Position numbers and translations under genes: made by a program
From: Tubiluchus corallicola
Taxonomy: Eukaryota > Animalia > Priapulida
NCBI GenBank assembly: GCA_030141605.1
Contig: JAQGDQ010000358.1
Location: forward strand, 178,544 to 242,543
Direction of reading: 5' to 3'
DNA: 64,000 nucleotides
Notes under the pieces: model-generated
The model's input: only the letters and a program-made list of their open reading frames with translations
Told to the model about the DNA's origin: nothing
Database searches by the model: none
In this document: positions 1 to 46,254 of the stretch, piece by piece
Position numbering within the stretch: position 1 is the stretch's first letter
Layout: each line of letters begins with the position of its first letter

Positions 1-979
1 ACTTCGAAGAATCAAAATTAGGCTATTTCAAAAACAAAGATGGCACACCCCACTCTATTTAGCCAAACAGGAGTTAAAAAGAGATTTGCAAAAAAACTAT
101 AAAAACTGATGATAGATCACACCAGATAAATTGCAATGTTTAACAGTTGCAAGTTCCATACCTTCAAAGTAGACACGTGCAGCACTAAATTTTGGTGATT
201 GCACAGTTTTGTTGTTGTAAATCCATGACGTTACGCATTGTATGTTAATATTACAGTTGATGAAACCGATTTTTTTCCTGCAGTGCTAACCATGCCCCGG
301 GTCATCAACAACCATCAAATAGTTAAATGTTTTCAACCACTTTATATTCTTTTTTAACTTTGAACATACTTTCAAGCCAAAATAATAATAAAGATTTATG
401 AAAGAGAGTTTGATAAAACAGCTATAATCAAATTAATTTACTTCTTTTTAATCCTAAAGCAGTATCGTGCTGATTATTCGGAATTGTTTAACACGTCGTT
501 CAAAATACTGGCATCAACCTGGCAATTTGGAATAAATGACGAATCATCTTGTCTACCAAAAGCCTAATTACATGATTGTATAACAAAAAGCAAGCAGACG
601 AAAAATTGTTAGTGTCAATAGTGTGTTTCTACATGTTCCAATTGCAGAAAGTATAAATTCGTGGAAATCTGGGTTTTTATAAGAACATTTACATGATTCG
701 CTTTTTGGTTTACTCAGTTGCGTAGTAACTCTATGAAGAAGTCTATTTCACAGTGATGTTGTTGTCGTTTTTGCTCTTTGCTTGTTCATGTAATAAGTTT
801 TATCAGTTTTAATATTATGACGTCACAATAGAGTTACTTCCTATTACAATTTTTTACGAAAAAATGGATTTATGAAAAATATGCAAACGTGGGCAAGCAC
901 ACGTGTTGCAGTATGCCAAAAGTAAATTCTTTCAATAGAAGCAGCCAGAATAACTGCGACCCATCTGTATTATAGACAG

Positions 980-1316
<337 letters not shown>

Positions 1317-1419
1317 CATTATACAATCATTTTATTTGTTATATTTAAAAGAAATACAAGTTTTCCAGTCAGTGGATTTTTAGTCCAAAGGCAAGAATTA
1401 CCCACACAAAAACAAATGT

Positions 1420-1738
1420 ACACAGTAACACATAAACAAAACATAGTCTGACAAGCACTATGCTCATAAAGATATACACAGAAGATGTATATTAGTTTTA
1501 AAAGCTGGTGCAATATAGATTAAAAAATAGAGACTATATATAAAATTTCAAGATAAAATAATTCAGTACATTGTTATAACACAGTAACACATAAACAAAA
1601 CATAGTCTGACAAGCACTATACTCATAAAGATATACACAGAAGATGTATATTAGTTTTAAAAGCTGGTGCAATATAGATTAAAAAATAGAGACTATATAT
1701 AAAATTTCAAGATAAAATAATTCAGTACATTGTTATAA
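1420..1738. repeat. Tandem duplication, two copies of a 159-bp unit
   Basis: cacagtaacacataaacaaaac starts at 1421 and again at 1580; I saw one mismatch (tgctc/tactc). Confidence 0.95.
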
Positions 1739-1839
1739 GTTAACTTCAATATTATAAAAAGTTGTATATTGCCTAAAATTATTGCAATGATAACATAATA
1801 AAAATTAAATTGAGAAACAGGACTAAAAACATTTACGGA

Positions 1840-3545
1840 ACTAAAAAGGTTGGATCTGCCCACGCAGGTTCGTTTTTGGATTTAGAAATAATAAAAGATA
1901 ACACGATAGCTAATTTTGCAATTTTTTGTTTGAAATCTTTAAACTTCACGTGGTTCGGGCGAGATTAATCTCTTTTCATTGGTTTTCGAAATGAATCTGC
2001 GACTCCCAATCTCGATTGCAGAATATTGTACTTGAAAACCGTTTTCTTCAATGTCTATCACCAAGCTCACATATTTATTCTCTTTAACCTGGTGTGCTTT
2101 TCCAATGTTCAGGTCAAAAGGGACTGTCAGCTAGAACATGAATAGTTTCTTCAGCAGTTTATTGAACACGCATACGTCAGGGATGGATGTAGTTTGTGTA
2201 CATTGAAGAGGTATAGTGCTAATTCTATTACTGTTAAAACCAAGTAAATCAACATGAACAATGAAGCCAGTTGGCAGACACTGAAAAAGTTGCTTATGCC
2301 AAAAATGAACTATGTTGCTGTGGCGCCAAGTATGTCTTGCTTGTTGGAGGAAAATTTCATAAGAATTCAATACGTGAGACAGTGATTCAATGGAGTTGCA
2401 GTTTGTGCACTTGGCTGTTGTTTACTTGTCACAGACAGAAAGGTTGTAATTAGTCGGTAGCGCATCGACTGCTGCATTATACATGAATTTCAAAACGCTC
2501 TTTGTGAGATTATAATCCATACTTTTCCAGTCAGTGCAATTTTTTCTTTGATAAGTATTCTAAAAACGACCTTGGATCGCCAGAGTTTTGATTTTGTCTT
2601 GTCAATCAGACTGAATAAAAGATTGAACTTTAGCCTCTGTTTTTATTTTGAGCTTAGTTGTTGTCTCTTCTGCCGCTCAATGAAAGTGGGGTGAGATCAG
2701 AGAAAATATTACGAAAATTTATTTCTAATGTGACCACTGGACAGTTTATTACCTAAAGCTGATTGAACTAGTCCATCATCATTTTTTTTCTTTCTAAGAT
2801 ATACTATGGCACATGATTGTTTATAATAATGACTAGGCTGCTTCAGGTTTAGGCCTTCAGCAACATGTAAGAACATTGGTAGTGCAGATTTGATTAATTG
2901 ATTACCCGCACCAGTCGTACAGAAACCTATTAACTAGATCATCAAGTTCATCTAGATGAGTTTTGCATATATCATTGACAGTTAGGGCAAATATGGAGAA
3001 GGTAGAAAATATCTATCGTCAATTTTGATTTTACATTCATTTCGTATGTGGCATGAATCAATATTCGTCAAAACCGTCTCTATTTTCAAATGAACAATTT
3101 TGAAGTAGTATGCTTCACTGTTTTTAATTGTTATTGTTGAGCCAACAAGTTTGTGGTCATTCTCAAACAACGAAGGTATATTGGTATCTCTACAGAATAA
3201 TTAATTTCAACAGGTGACCTTTTTGCATAAGACCGAGATCTGCATTTACTTGGTTTGAGCGTTAGACCCAAGCAGCTAGAATATTTTTGAATCTTTTCTG
3301 ATTCTTTGGTGGGTTTTCTTGTTCGGTGTGCCTAAACAAAAGTCGTCTGCGAACGGTAGTGTGATATAATGAGAATCGTTTAAAATATAACCATGCGCAA
3401 TTTTTATCTCTAAGCATTCGACCAATAGGTTTAAGCATAAACATAAGAGAGATGAGGTCACCCTGGGAGATGCCTCTAGAGAAATCCTGTAGTACAAATG
3501 GTTTTAAAGAAATAACAAACCAAATCAAAATAACAACTGTCAACT
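1840..3545 (-). mobile_element. Degenerate 5'-truncated non-LTR retrotransposon with RT plus restriction-like endonuclease (R2-group, HERO/NeSL-like)
   Basis: Minus-strand frames give RT motifs RGISQGD and LPFADDFCL, then LKFMYNAAVDALPT..NL, a decayed CCHC knuckle (CTNCNSIESLSHVLNSY), TWRH, PD, LTVPF, KENKY and AIEIGSR. Interrupted by stops and frameshifts. Confidence 0.85.
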
Positions 3546-4676
3546 GTCAATAAGTCATAAAGGAGATGTCCAATGAGTAAATTACAATGTAATGTAACTG
3601 TGTTTCTTACCCTAATGTTTATTTACTATCGATACGACTTTTGTTAAAGCCTAATCAGTTATCGTGTCCATTATAGCAACTGGGGTGCAAAATTGCACAA
3701 CTGGGACTTCGATTTATTTTATTTTATTTCCTTGTAAAGAATGCTTGCTAAACGCTGTCAAAGCAAAACGATGAAAAAGATGTTTAAGCAAAATTTATTT
3801 TTCACCATTCAAGTAATGATTAAACGAGAGCTACATATGAACATACTATGCTATACGTCAGATAAACCGTGAAAACTACACTGACTACTAAATTTGGGTT
3901 AAAGTACAACTTTGAAGACTACAGGTTTTAATACTTTTTTACGGGGTACATTTGGTTTCTACCTTTGAACGAGTGAAGCAATTACATCCTACTTCAGAAT
4001 TTGCTGCTTTATCTGTGATTTTGAAATCTAAATGATAAACAATTACATTACCATGAAATGTAAGAAGTTATCTTAAGAATCGTGCTAAATTAAAACAAGT
4101 TTTCAAAGACATTAAAAAGTTTTTTCTACCTTTCTGCGTTCGTGAATTTTGTAGTGAAAGGTCTGAGCTTAGAAAAGCGCAAATTGTGTAAGTGAACCTC
4201 ATGATAAGGTTTATATGCATAACTCATGTAGATGCACCATAAATAATCTAAATATCATAAATCTTGTCATAAATAATTTACGACAAGGCAAAGTTTAATA
4301 GTATGTAAAAGATACCAATGTATATTCCTACTGTAGTAGTAAACACAAGTAGCAGCAAGCACATGACAAAACCATAAATATATTCATTTTTATTAATATT
4401 GATGCTTAAATATAATTTTAATTGATTCATTAAGAAATTGCCGTTTACAAGCCGTAATAGCCAGTAGCGCCTGGCAGTTTATAATTTCTATTTTCAGCAA
4501 TTTCATGGAAATAAATGCTGTTTTACAACAAGAAAATGCCCTACAAGTTTTAACTTTTATTATTATAGGTAGTTGCCTACAAAGACATTTGCTTTGCTGA
4601 ATATTGATTTTTGTTGATGGCACAACCCATATCATTAGACATTACTCATCAAGAAAGCGTTATTTCATTCAACTAC

Positions 4677-4678
<2 letters not shown>

Positions 4679-4767
<89 letters not shown>
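4679..4767. repeat. (GAT)n microsatellite
   Basis: Directly visible, downstream of the NAALADase stop codon. Confidence 0.97.
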
Positions 4768-5048
4768 GCGAAGATGATATATTCACAGAAGAATACATGT
4801 CAGAAGCTTTACGTAAAACGATGCAACGATGCAAGTCTAAATTGAAGTCAAAATTATCTGCCACCTACACAGACATATAAATGAAACTGCATCTACAAAG
4901 TCATTATAAATACTTTACAAATCTATTTTTCTGAATAAACCATGGTTGAAATGTTCCTAATACAGCTGTAACGAATGATATAAATAACTGCACGTTAAGG
5001 GATCTCGCGCATCGAAATTTCAGGATTAAAGAGCCACAGGTTTAATAA

Positions 5049-17138
<12,090 letters not shown>

Positions 17139-19156
17139 TAGAGTAATTGTCCTGAAACAGAAGTGAGTTGATGATAGAGCACAAGTATAGTTTTTGTATG
17201 CGGATGCTACATAAAACCACTTAACATGGTGCTCATTATTGTGTTGGCAGTGTTATTGTTGCCATTCTTACTACTTCAACTGCTTCTATTTTTTTAAATT
17301 ATTTTTGGTTGTTGCTTCCCTGTGAGACTATTTTCCTTTAGCACTTGTTAAAAAATAAGGTCTGCTGTAGTAGGCCAGTAATTTAAACTTAAAAGTATGT
17401 ATGTAACGTCACGGCTGGCTTCTCTCTCTATACCTAAACAGGTTAGCGAGTGAGTTCCGGTTTTGCCGCGAAGCAGGGCTGACATATCACTGTTAGATTT
17501 TTTTCTATACCGTCGCTATGATGCTACTTCGAATTAAAATAAAGTTTTAAAAATAAATTACCAACGAGTTGGAGCAGTTTGTCAAGAACAGAGCTGTTTC
17601 CGCTGAGAACACGTCAACCATCGTCAATCAAAGATAAAATCAATCAGACTACTAAGGTCAAATTAAACAAATGTAGGCAATGACAACTGAAGCCGGCAAG
17701 ACAATTTACCCTGCAGTTTTCTCTATCTGACCTGGTCATCGCGAAATTAGGAGTACACGTTTCTCTGCCCCTCTTTTTCCAGTGCAGTACTCGTCAAACC
17801 GGAAGCCAGAACTCGACGACTGGATTTACTACAAAATGTAGTAGGACCGGAATTATTAAGCTAATTATCAAAGATTAATATTGATTATACTATCCTCTAA
17901 ACCACATTCCGAATTTTATACAATGTTTTTCAACGAGCCAAATAGTATGAGCAATAAGGTAGATAAAGGAATTTTCTTGATTATCACCTACCCTTTTACT
18001 GACCAGATTAAGCACTTCTTAACTTTGGTTACTGCCGCCATGTCACAGCTACTACTGTAAACTGTACATGTTTTTTTCTAGCAACGTGTGTTCATTTTAA
18101 TTATACCTAATTTATGAAGTTGGAGCAACCTGCGGGTCCCTAAACGTAATTGCTGCTGTTTGTTGTTATTGCTGTTGTTGTTGTTGCTGCATATCGTACA
18201 CTGACTGTAGTTTGATATAAAAAGTACAAAACTTCTTACCTTGTTACGAAACAGACAAATTTCAAAGGACCTTCGAACTGGTATAGAAGAAAACGCCTAC
18301 TATGTAAACACACAACTTACTGCATCATTATGCTATAGCCAGTTTTGCGCAGTATAATAAACTTTATGATATCATGATATTTACCAACTACCTAAAACAA
18401 AATAGTGTACGAAGGACGATATTATAGTCACTATGCTATAGCCAAGTATCACGTATAGGTCTTAAATTTTAAAAAACGTTTATGTGAACCAGAGCGACTT
18501 TCAAGTCGGAGTCAGCTTAAGAAGCCGCGTAAGTTTAAATTTAGCTAGCCCGTATAGCAAATGTGTACACAAGTATACAAACTGGACTATGTTTGGAATC
18601 AAGGTTATCTTCTCTCAACCGCAAAGTTGAATAATATCGAAAATACTTAGACACCTATGCGTGTTATATTTACCAGCACACATTCACTTTATACAATAAC
18701 ACAAACTCACAAATTGTTTATTATTCTTCGGCTATGTGCGACAATTAAAATTTCATTAAACTATATGGCTAAATGAGCATATACCTAACATCTCACAACC
18801 CGAGATTTTCATGCACACAAACTATCCATAACACAACACTTCATGGACTTGAAGATAGGAAGATCCAGTTAGTTCGTTCTGAAGTATCGAAAATCTGAAG
18901 CAGCAAGATTACCTTTTGTTTTTTTCAAATGTAGGCAGAATTTCAGGTTATCATGCCAACCGTGTCACGCAAGAAAGCCTCTGCACAAAAATTTTCTGTA
19001 ATCCTTTCAACAAATTTAAACAGTCCTTGACATTTTCCCGATTAAGTCTACAGAGTTACAACATACGGGCAATGTTAACTCTGATCTCTCGTTTTTCAGA
19101 AATGCAAAATCAGTCAATTGTTCGGTAATTTCTCCTGCAGGGAAGACAGTTCTCGA

Positions 19157-19159
<3 letters not shown>

Positions 19160-19245
<86 letters not shown>

Positions 19246-19259
19246 TGCGTGTGCGTGTG
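19160..19259. repeat. (GT)n/(GCGT)n compound microsatellite
   Basis: Directly visible. Confidence 0.97.
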
Positions 19260-19426
19260 ACGCAGAAGGCATGGTCGGGTTTCCAAGGTGAGAGCCAAGC
19301 CCGTCTTGAATGGCCCCTGGGTTACCCACGCACTCCTCGATGTCAAAATAGACATTTCTAAATGTGGTTGACTGCTGTTTGCGTTTTTGATGGCCCAGTT
19401 GTAGTGGTGTACAAAAGCGGCCTGGG

Positions 19427-20290
19427 TAAAAGCGGCCGTCTCTATACTCTTTTACTGGTCCAGTTAGTGTAATGCACGACAGTGTAAACACTATTTCATC
19501 ATTATTTTTAAATCTACTTCATGTAATTTGCCAATAAAGGTATCGTTTTTCTTACACATCATTCTGTTGTTTCGTGGATGGATTTCAGAAGTTTTATAGA
19601 TTGCTTGGCCTCTGCATCTGCTGGTACCGAACCAATCTGTGTAGTTTACCTATGTACCTGTGGGCGAGGTATCGCCGGCAGTACATTGATGTCGGAAGTG
19701 GGATAATGCAATGAACCAAGACAATGGGACTGTTAATAGACAACTCAACATTCAGCATGTGTTTGCTGCACTTATTTGAAAGTAAACGTAAGCTTGGATT
19801 CGTTTTAACAGTTCTTCTTACCAACCTGAAGTACCACGTTCTGACTATTTCATGGGCGTGATTATTTGTTTGATCAAGGTGACGTGTTACCCACCGGGTG
19901 CTAGTAAGCTATGGACAGCTATGATGTAACAATGTTATTTTACGGTAACACAGTGGTGATCAAACTGACATACTGGTTGTTCTGTAATTCAACACGCGTA
20001 TGTTGTTCTACTGAATGCATTTGGTCTGTATAAAAGCGGCCGTCTCTATACTCTTTTACTGGTCCAGTTAGTGTAATGCACGACAGTGTAAACTCTATTT
20101 CATCATTATTTTTAAATCTACTTCATGTAATTTGCCAATAAAGGTATCGTTTTTCTTACACATCATTCCGTTGTTTCGTGGATGGATGTCAGAAGCCTGT
20201 TTCGCTTCCGCATCTGCTCGTACCGAACCAACCAGGTAGTTTCACCACATGTCGCCGAGGTACCGTCTGCAGTTCATTACTGAACTGCTG
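19427..20290 (+). mobile_element. Two direct-repeat, LTR-like segments (19427-19591 and 20031-20195, continuing with lower identity)
   Basis: Near-identical 165 bp at offset 604. Each begins with TAAAAGCGGCC (TATA-like TATAAAA in the second copy) and has AATAAA downstream. No coding remnant or TSD found. Confidence 0.5.
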
Positions 20291-21997
20291 GTGGCACCTC
20301 GCCACCCGGGGTTGGTTCGGGCCTGCAGGTCCAGAGGCGGAGCAGCCTAATAATGATTTCAACATAACCACAATTAAACAAAGCTGACTTAAATAACGCT
20401 GACTATTTAACTGGAAAGATATTAAATATTACGAAGCCCAAACTAACGGTGACGAGATTTTAAACAAATTAAAGAAAAACAAAACAAAGAAATAAAGATA
20501 CCTAACTTGCCATATAGCGGGTAGTAAGACAGCTCTAAGTTTGATGGAAGAAACACAAGCACAAGAATCACCAACTCTGCACCACCCAATTACCACTGTA
20601 GTTCCAAAGTACAGCAGGTTTTTACCCTCCTTTTACTAAACTAGTGTACATGTCAGAGATAGAGCCAAATTGAAAACCTGATTGGTTGAAAGCAAAAGGT
20701 ATGAAGATTTAGCCAATAAGAATCGAAATATTTGTTAGAAGAATAATTTAGAAGACTTAGATTTGAACTACTCGTATTTTTAGGGGTGTCATGTAACACT
20801 AGTTTGTTAACCATGCCATACTATGGAATAAAGGTAAGGTTTGTGTAGAGTGGGCCGCCCAAGCGCCTGCGCTACAATATGTTGAAATGTCTCAAAACAT
20901 ATATCTATAATATATTGTTCAAAAGCTTGTGTCGATCATCAACTTTGACCTATAACCAATTTTAACTAGAAAAAAATATTACGTACAAAATTGCAGTTTT
21001 ATTTCACATGATTTAGCGATGCTACTTAGCAATAACAGTTTATTGCGTCATTCATTAATAGATTGCTATACAAGTATATTATAATATATAACAAGCATAG
21101 AAACACAATTTATACAAAGTGCATAGTATACGTACACAGCAAAACCAACTTTTGTTCCTAAAATCAAGCCAATTTTTTTAGTTACTAAACAAAAAAATCA
21201 GAATTTCTGATACTGTAAACAAACTATGCAACTTATTATTCAAACTATACGAATAAATTAAAAACTTGTGTCATCCGACTTACACTGTCTGTATAGTATC
21301 TGTCAACTTCACATGCTTAATAATTAGCATGACAAAAACATTAACTGAAAGATTCAGTTTATTTGAAAGCACAAAAAATACCTTCGTTTCGTGAAATAAA
21401 TAGCTAAAAGAGTAACAAAGTTTTTAAAGTTAGTATACACTTTAAACTTTAGTTGTCTTTTAATTGAGCTATAATCAGAAAACGAAGCCATTAATACGCA
21501 TTGCACATCACAACATTTTATAAAGAAGTGCAATTGCTCTTTCCTGTTGGTGTAATGCCAGCAAAACACAATCGTGAATATCGTATAATTATAGGACAAA
21601 GAGACAATACCTCACCACACAACAATAGCGTCATTCATTCAAAATGCTATAATTATAATAAAGAGGTAGCTCATTTAAGATGGCAACGTAAAACATGAAA
21701 AGCGGAAAATGTGGATGATTTTAACATGCCATTCGAGTTAATAGTAGGCTTGCCAGATCATCATTAATATTAAATTAAATTAGTACCAAATAACTAATTC
21801 AACGAATCCTCCTATTTGAACCCAATTGATTTTTCATTCATAGGCAAGTGCCTTTATTCAAGAATTGTGTTTAAAATCTAGCATACTGCTTATACTCTAT
21901 TTAAAAATGAAAAGCGTAAAACCAAACATTATGCACAGTTGCATAACGTTATAATACGCTGTACAAACATTATCTAGTTATTGTAAAAGCAGGTTAA

Positions 21998-22369
21998 GGT
22001 CAACTTTGCGATGCAACTCAACTGGGAGCAACTGAAGACTTGACAAACTGTCTGCAATTAGCGGCATACGGTACGTAGCTAACTCCGAGGATGTAAGCAA
22101 TCTTACTCAATGCAACGCAACTCAGTTCCAGCGAGTTGCTCATGGTATCCACCCAGTTTTAAACCTGATCACTGTTTAACAATGATTGCGGTCTGGTCAT
22201 AGATTTTTTCATTCGGGTACGCTCAGTTGTCGTCGACCTGAGCAGCATTTCAACTCGCTGGAACTTGTATCTTTCTAGATGCTGGAAATCAATCGCAACC
22301 TACCTGAGCCATGTGCCTACAACTATTTCCTGTCAGTTGGGGTGAGTTGCGTCGCGTTGCAGGTCGACC
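21998..22369. mobile_element. Fold-back MITE (TAA-flanked; Harbinger- or Kolobok-like)
   Basis: Imperfect TIRs GGTCAAC..GCGATGCAACTCA / TGAGTTGCGTCGC..GTCGACC, an internal inverted pair TTCCAGCGAGTTG / CAACTCGCTGGAA, and TAA on both sides. Confidence 0.6.
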
Positions 22370-22606
22370 TAAAATTGCTTTAGGTCGACATTAAGGCATC
22401 ACAAGAGGACAACGATCATAATTGGTAATTGGCTCCCTCAACTAGATCACCCTGCTACACTAGTTGGCTTCAATTAATGCCAATGTGACCTCAGAGAGCA
22501 TTTGGCTGGAGTCCAGCTTCTACCATAATGCACATAATAAAGCTAATAGGGCTGAGGCATAGAGATGATAGTTAGTCAACTCTAAAACTTTGTGATCATT
22601 TTAAAC

Positions 22607-42906
<20,300 letters not shown>

Positions 42907-43552
42907 CTGTAAACATGAAAAAGCAACATGTGGTTATAATGTAGAATACACAAAATTGAGTAATAATAGAAAAATTACAATCGCCGAATAGCGCATACCA
43001 TAATATAATTCCAGAACTTCCATAATTATATTTGCACTAGTTCTCCCACAGGTTAAATATTTCAGTGATGGAGTGAAAGGTTAAATAATTACCTGTAAAC
43101 TACTTAGGTAACGTGCTAAACCACGTACATATACATAGAAAAAAATATACATTTTTCTTAAAAAAATAGCTTTGCAAGATAATCCTAATTGGCAGCAGCA
43201 AACCAGAGAGCACGGGCCGCAATGGATAAAACAAAGCTGCAGGGTCGATTAGGTGGTTTAAAACGCTTAATTTCACTCTTTCCGTTTAGCTGGGATTAAA
43301 GGGAGATTAAGCTAGTTAATACCAATCCGATTGAAAATATGCAATTCCCAAAACAGTCCCCCGTTGGTCACACGCTGTAATAGATCTGTCAGGCTATACG
43401 CCTACACACAATCACTGTAGACACGCTGTCACACTATGTAGTTGATGCCTTGAGATAAAAATGAAATGTTAAAATTTATAGCGGCACTTGTTTGACATTT
43501 CTAAGTATAAGTGCCCCAGTGCAAACGTAGTATCCCACGCCAGTTTAACATG

Positions 43553-43626
43553 ACCTCAACACCGGCAGCCCTAGTACCCGGAACCTCAGAACCTGCAACC
43601 TCAGTACCTGTAACCTCAACACCTGC
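43553..43626. repeat. 15-bp minisatellite (ACCTCAGTACCTGCA-like, about 5 copies)
   Basis: Directly visible degenerate periodicity. Confidence 0.8.
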
Positions 43627-44070
43627 ACTAAAGGACATCAAAGGTAAACGGAAGCCAAAATTGCACATATAAGCACAATCAAATAAGGAAACTTAAATTT
43701 TGTCTTCAACTGGGACTGAAACGAACATTTTTTCCACTATCAGCACTCTAATGTATCACTGCGTTATTTCTCGACTCTGGCACCATGAATCACTGTGGCT
43801 TTTCCAGTCAATTTATGGTGTGACACACAAGTGTGGAAAGTGTATCTCAGCGCCTTGTGCAGAAATCCCAGAAAATCCATTGAGCTAACAGCAGAATAAT
43901 AATGTGCGGTCTGTATATTTCCGACAATTCTTCAAACGGAACGCATTTAATAGCATCCAAAATGTGCCGTTATAGCGCAGAAAATTGCTGAGACCGACAA
44001 TCACTCATTTTTAACCACACCTATACTTTTATCCAAGACAGAAAGCCAATAATTGTATTATAAGGTACAC

Positions 44071-44188
44071 TGTAAAATTTATAATGTGACAGACGGTAAC
44101 GGACTTCACAGGAGAATACACAAATGGTAGCAGACAAGGTAAAAATAGCATCCAGAGTCTTGCACCTGGCGACTCTTGACATGATATA
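44071..44188 (-). CDS. Candidate degenerate PB1 middle exon of aPKC
   Basis: YIMSRVARCKTLDAIFTLSATICVFSCEVRYRLSHYKFY aligns weakly but in register to [40 protein letters not shown]. The phase-1 donor GTGTAC is weak. Confidence 0.35.
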
Positions 44189-46254
44189 CTGTGAATGACA
44201 GCTCATTGATAGGCAATCAAAATGTGTATTACATAAAAAATCAAATATTATGAGGCAAGAAAAATACATGTAAAGAAAAAAAAATAACAGTCAGTGAAGA
44301 TCGCAAAAAACGGTATTTTCCGCGTGTTAGAAACTGTCCAGAAATCTTTTTTCTGTTGGTCATCCATTAATAACCACTCAACGTTGCTTACGCTGCTTAA
44401 CTGCGGTTTCATCTGTCATACCACCTCAGGCTATTTAGATACATCAGATGGTACACTGTCTCATCTTAGCGGGTTATCCCTGATAATTAGCTAGGCTTCA
44501 GTCCTGCTACAAATATCAGAATAATACATAGGTTCTACTGTTGAGCGTTTACACCGTCTTGCAGTGTGTCCAACTGCATAAAATCACAGAAATAGATGCC
44601 TTTTAGTAGTGAGTAACCAAAAACAGTATGTCAAAATATAATGAATGTTTGAAGCTAGATGAAAGTGAATAGTATCCTAATTAAGTCTCGTGACATAAAT
44701 TATGGGTTCGATGTCTTTATTAATTGTGTAGGACACGAGCACTTGTTGCTTAATGTACTTATAGTACGTAAAACTAATTGTTTTTGTAAACATGCTAAGA
44801 ATAATGTGTAGGTAATACTGATTCTTTTGATTAATTACTAATAGGTGTTCTTGGTTGTTTGGTTTACTGACCGTGATCCCTGTTTCTTTGATTTACACTC
44901 CAAATCTTGATTGTGTGGATTCATTCCTGGCTTCTTTTTGTGTATCTGATATTGTGCATTGGTTTTAAACCTGATTAATAGGTCAATAAACTTTAACTAA
45001 CTAGGAGAGGGAAGATGACTGTGAACGTATATAATTGGTTGACTTTTCGATTACAGCACCCGACAATTCATAGAAAATTTCATGCAACGAATCACTCCGC
45101 ATTTATAAACTAATAAAACAATAGTACTTGGCGTTACGTTGTCCGGTATGTAACGTTTCAGCTTGTAGTGGGAAGTGTGTCGTACTCGTGTTAGTTAACT
45201 AAGTTTTGTCGGTAATTTAAACAAGCAGAAAATGAGATTTCCATGGTTTCATATAATAAACATAAGCATAATTTCACGAGTTGCAATGGCAGCATTAATG
45301 ATTCTCATAAAGTATGAAACCCTCATAAAATCTTAATATATATATATATTTAGATAGTATCTAGCAAGTATATACCATTACAGAAATATGTATATAAAGG
45401 GTAGACAAAAAAGAAAACCCTTTTCAAAAAAAATTAACATTTATTTCTCTTCGCATTGGAATTAAACTTTTTGCCATGAAAACAGACGAATATGTTATGA
45501 ATAATACCAAGAATAAATAAAATGCAAAATTTTAATGCGGTTTAAATAAAAAATTCAGTTTTTTGAAGAAACAAAAATATGACTTATCCTTAAAGTTTTG
45601 TTTTTCCTTCTATTATAGAAGCAATAGTATGCTCAATATCACTAGCTCCTCAGTATCTTTCCCCACTTGAAGCCTGACTGAGCCAATATCTTTATTGACA
45701 ATACATCTACTATAATATCAATACATAAAGACAATGCAGTCACACTAATACATGTATCTAGTTTTTCGTTTTTACTGGCTTGATGACAATATCAAGTATA
45801 AAATGTTTATTTTTTGGCATTTTTAGCAGAAATTAGCTAAAATGTTTCTAGTTTACCTGTTAAATCTATATACAATTGGATAAAAATTTCAGTTTTGTGA
45901 TACTACAAAAACAGCCTTACGCTTTTTGAGTACACCCTATAATTATATTATTCCAGAGTAGTAATCGACAGAATAAAATGGAAATTATGGAATATGCTTA
46001 GTCAAAATTTGTCATTCCAAGGTCCTTACAGCTAGATACTTGTTTATATATGGCAGCGATATGTGGTAATAACTCATTACAGTGTTTAGCATTTTAGAGA
46101 AGAAAAATAGAAAACTTGTTCACATATACAGCAGTAAAGAACATGTAAGAAAACGAAGTTTTTTACTTTACCTTTTAATAAAGAATGTGCCTTCGTGCCT
46201 TTTCTAAACAGTGTTACCACCCCAAACTCAGTGAATTAGGTGATTATGTACAGT

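Noticed and set aside
1-80. Possible transposon right end (...CCAAACAGGAG|TTAA)
   Set aside because: The partner end would lie outside the window, so it cannot be supported.
44021-44070. Extending the candidate PB1 exon to the AG|GTGTGG donor at 44020
   Set aside because: This includes an in-frame TAG and gives the wrong phase for the 42906 exon.
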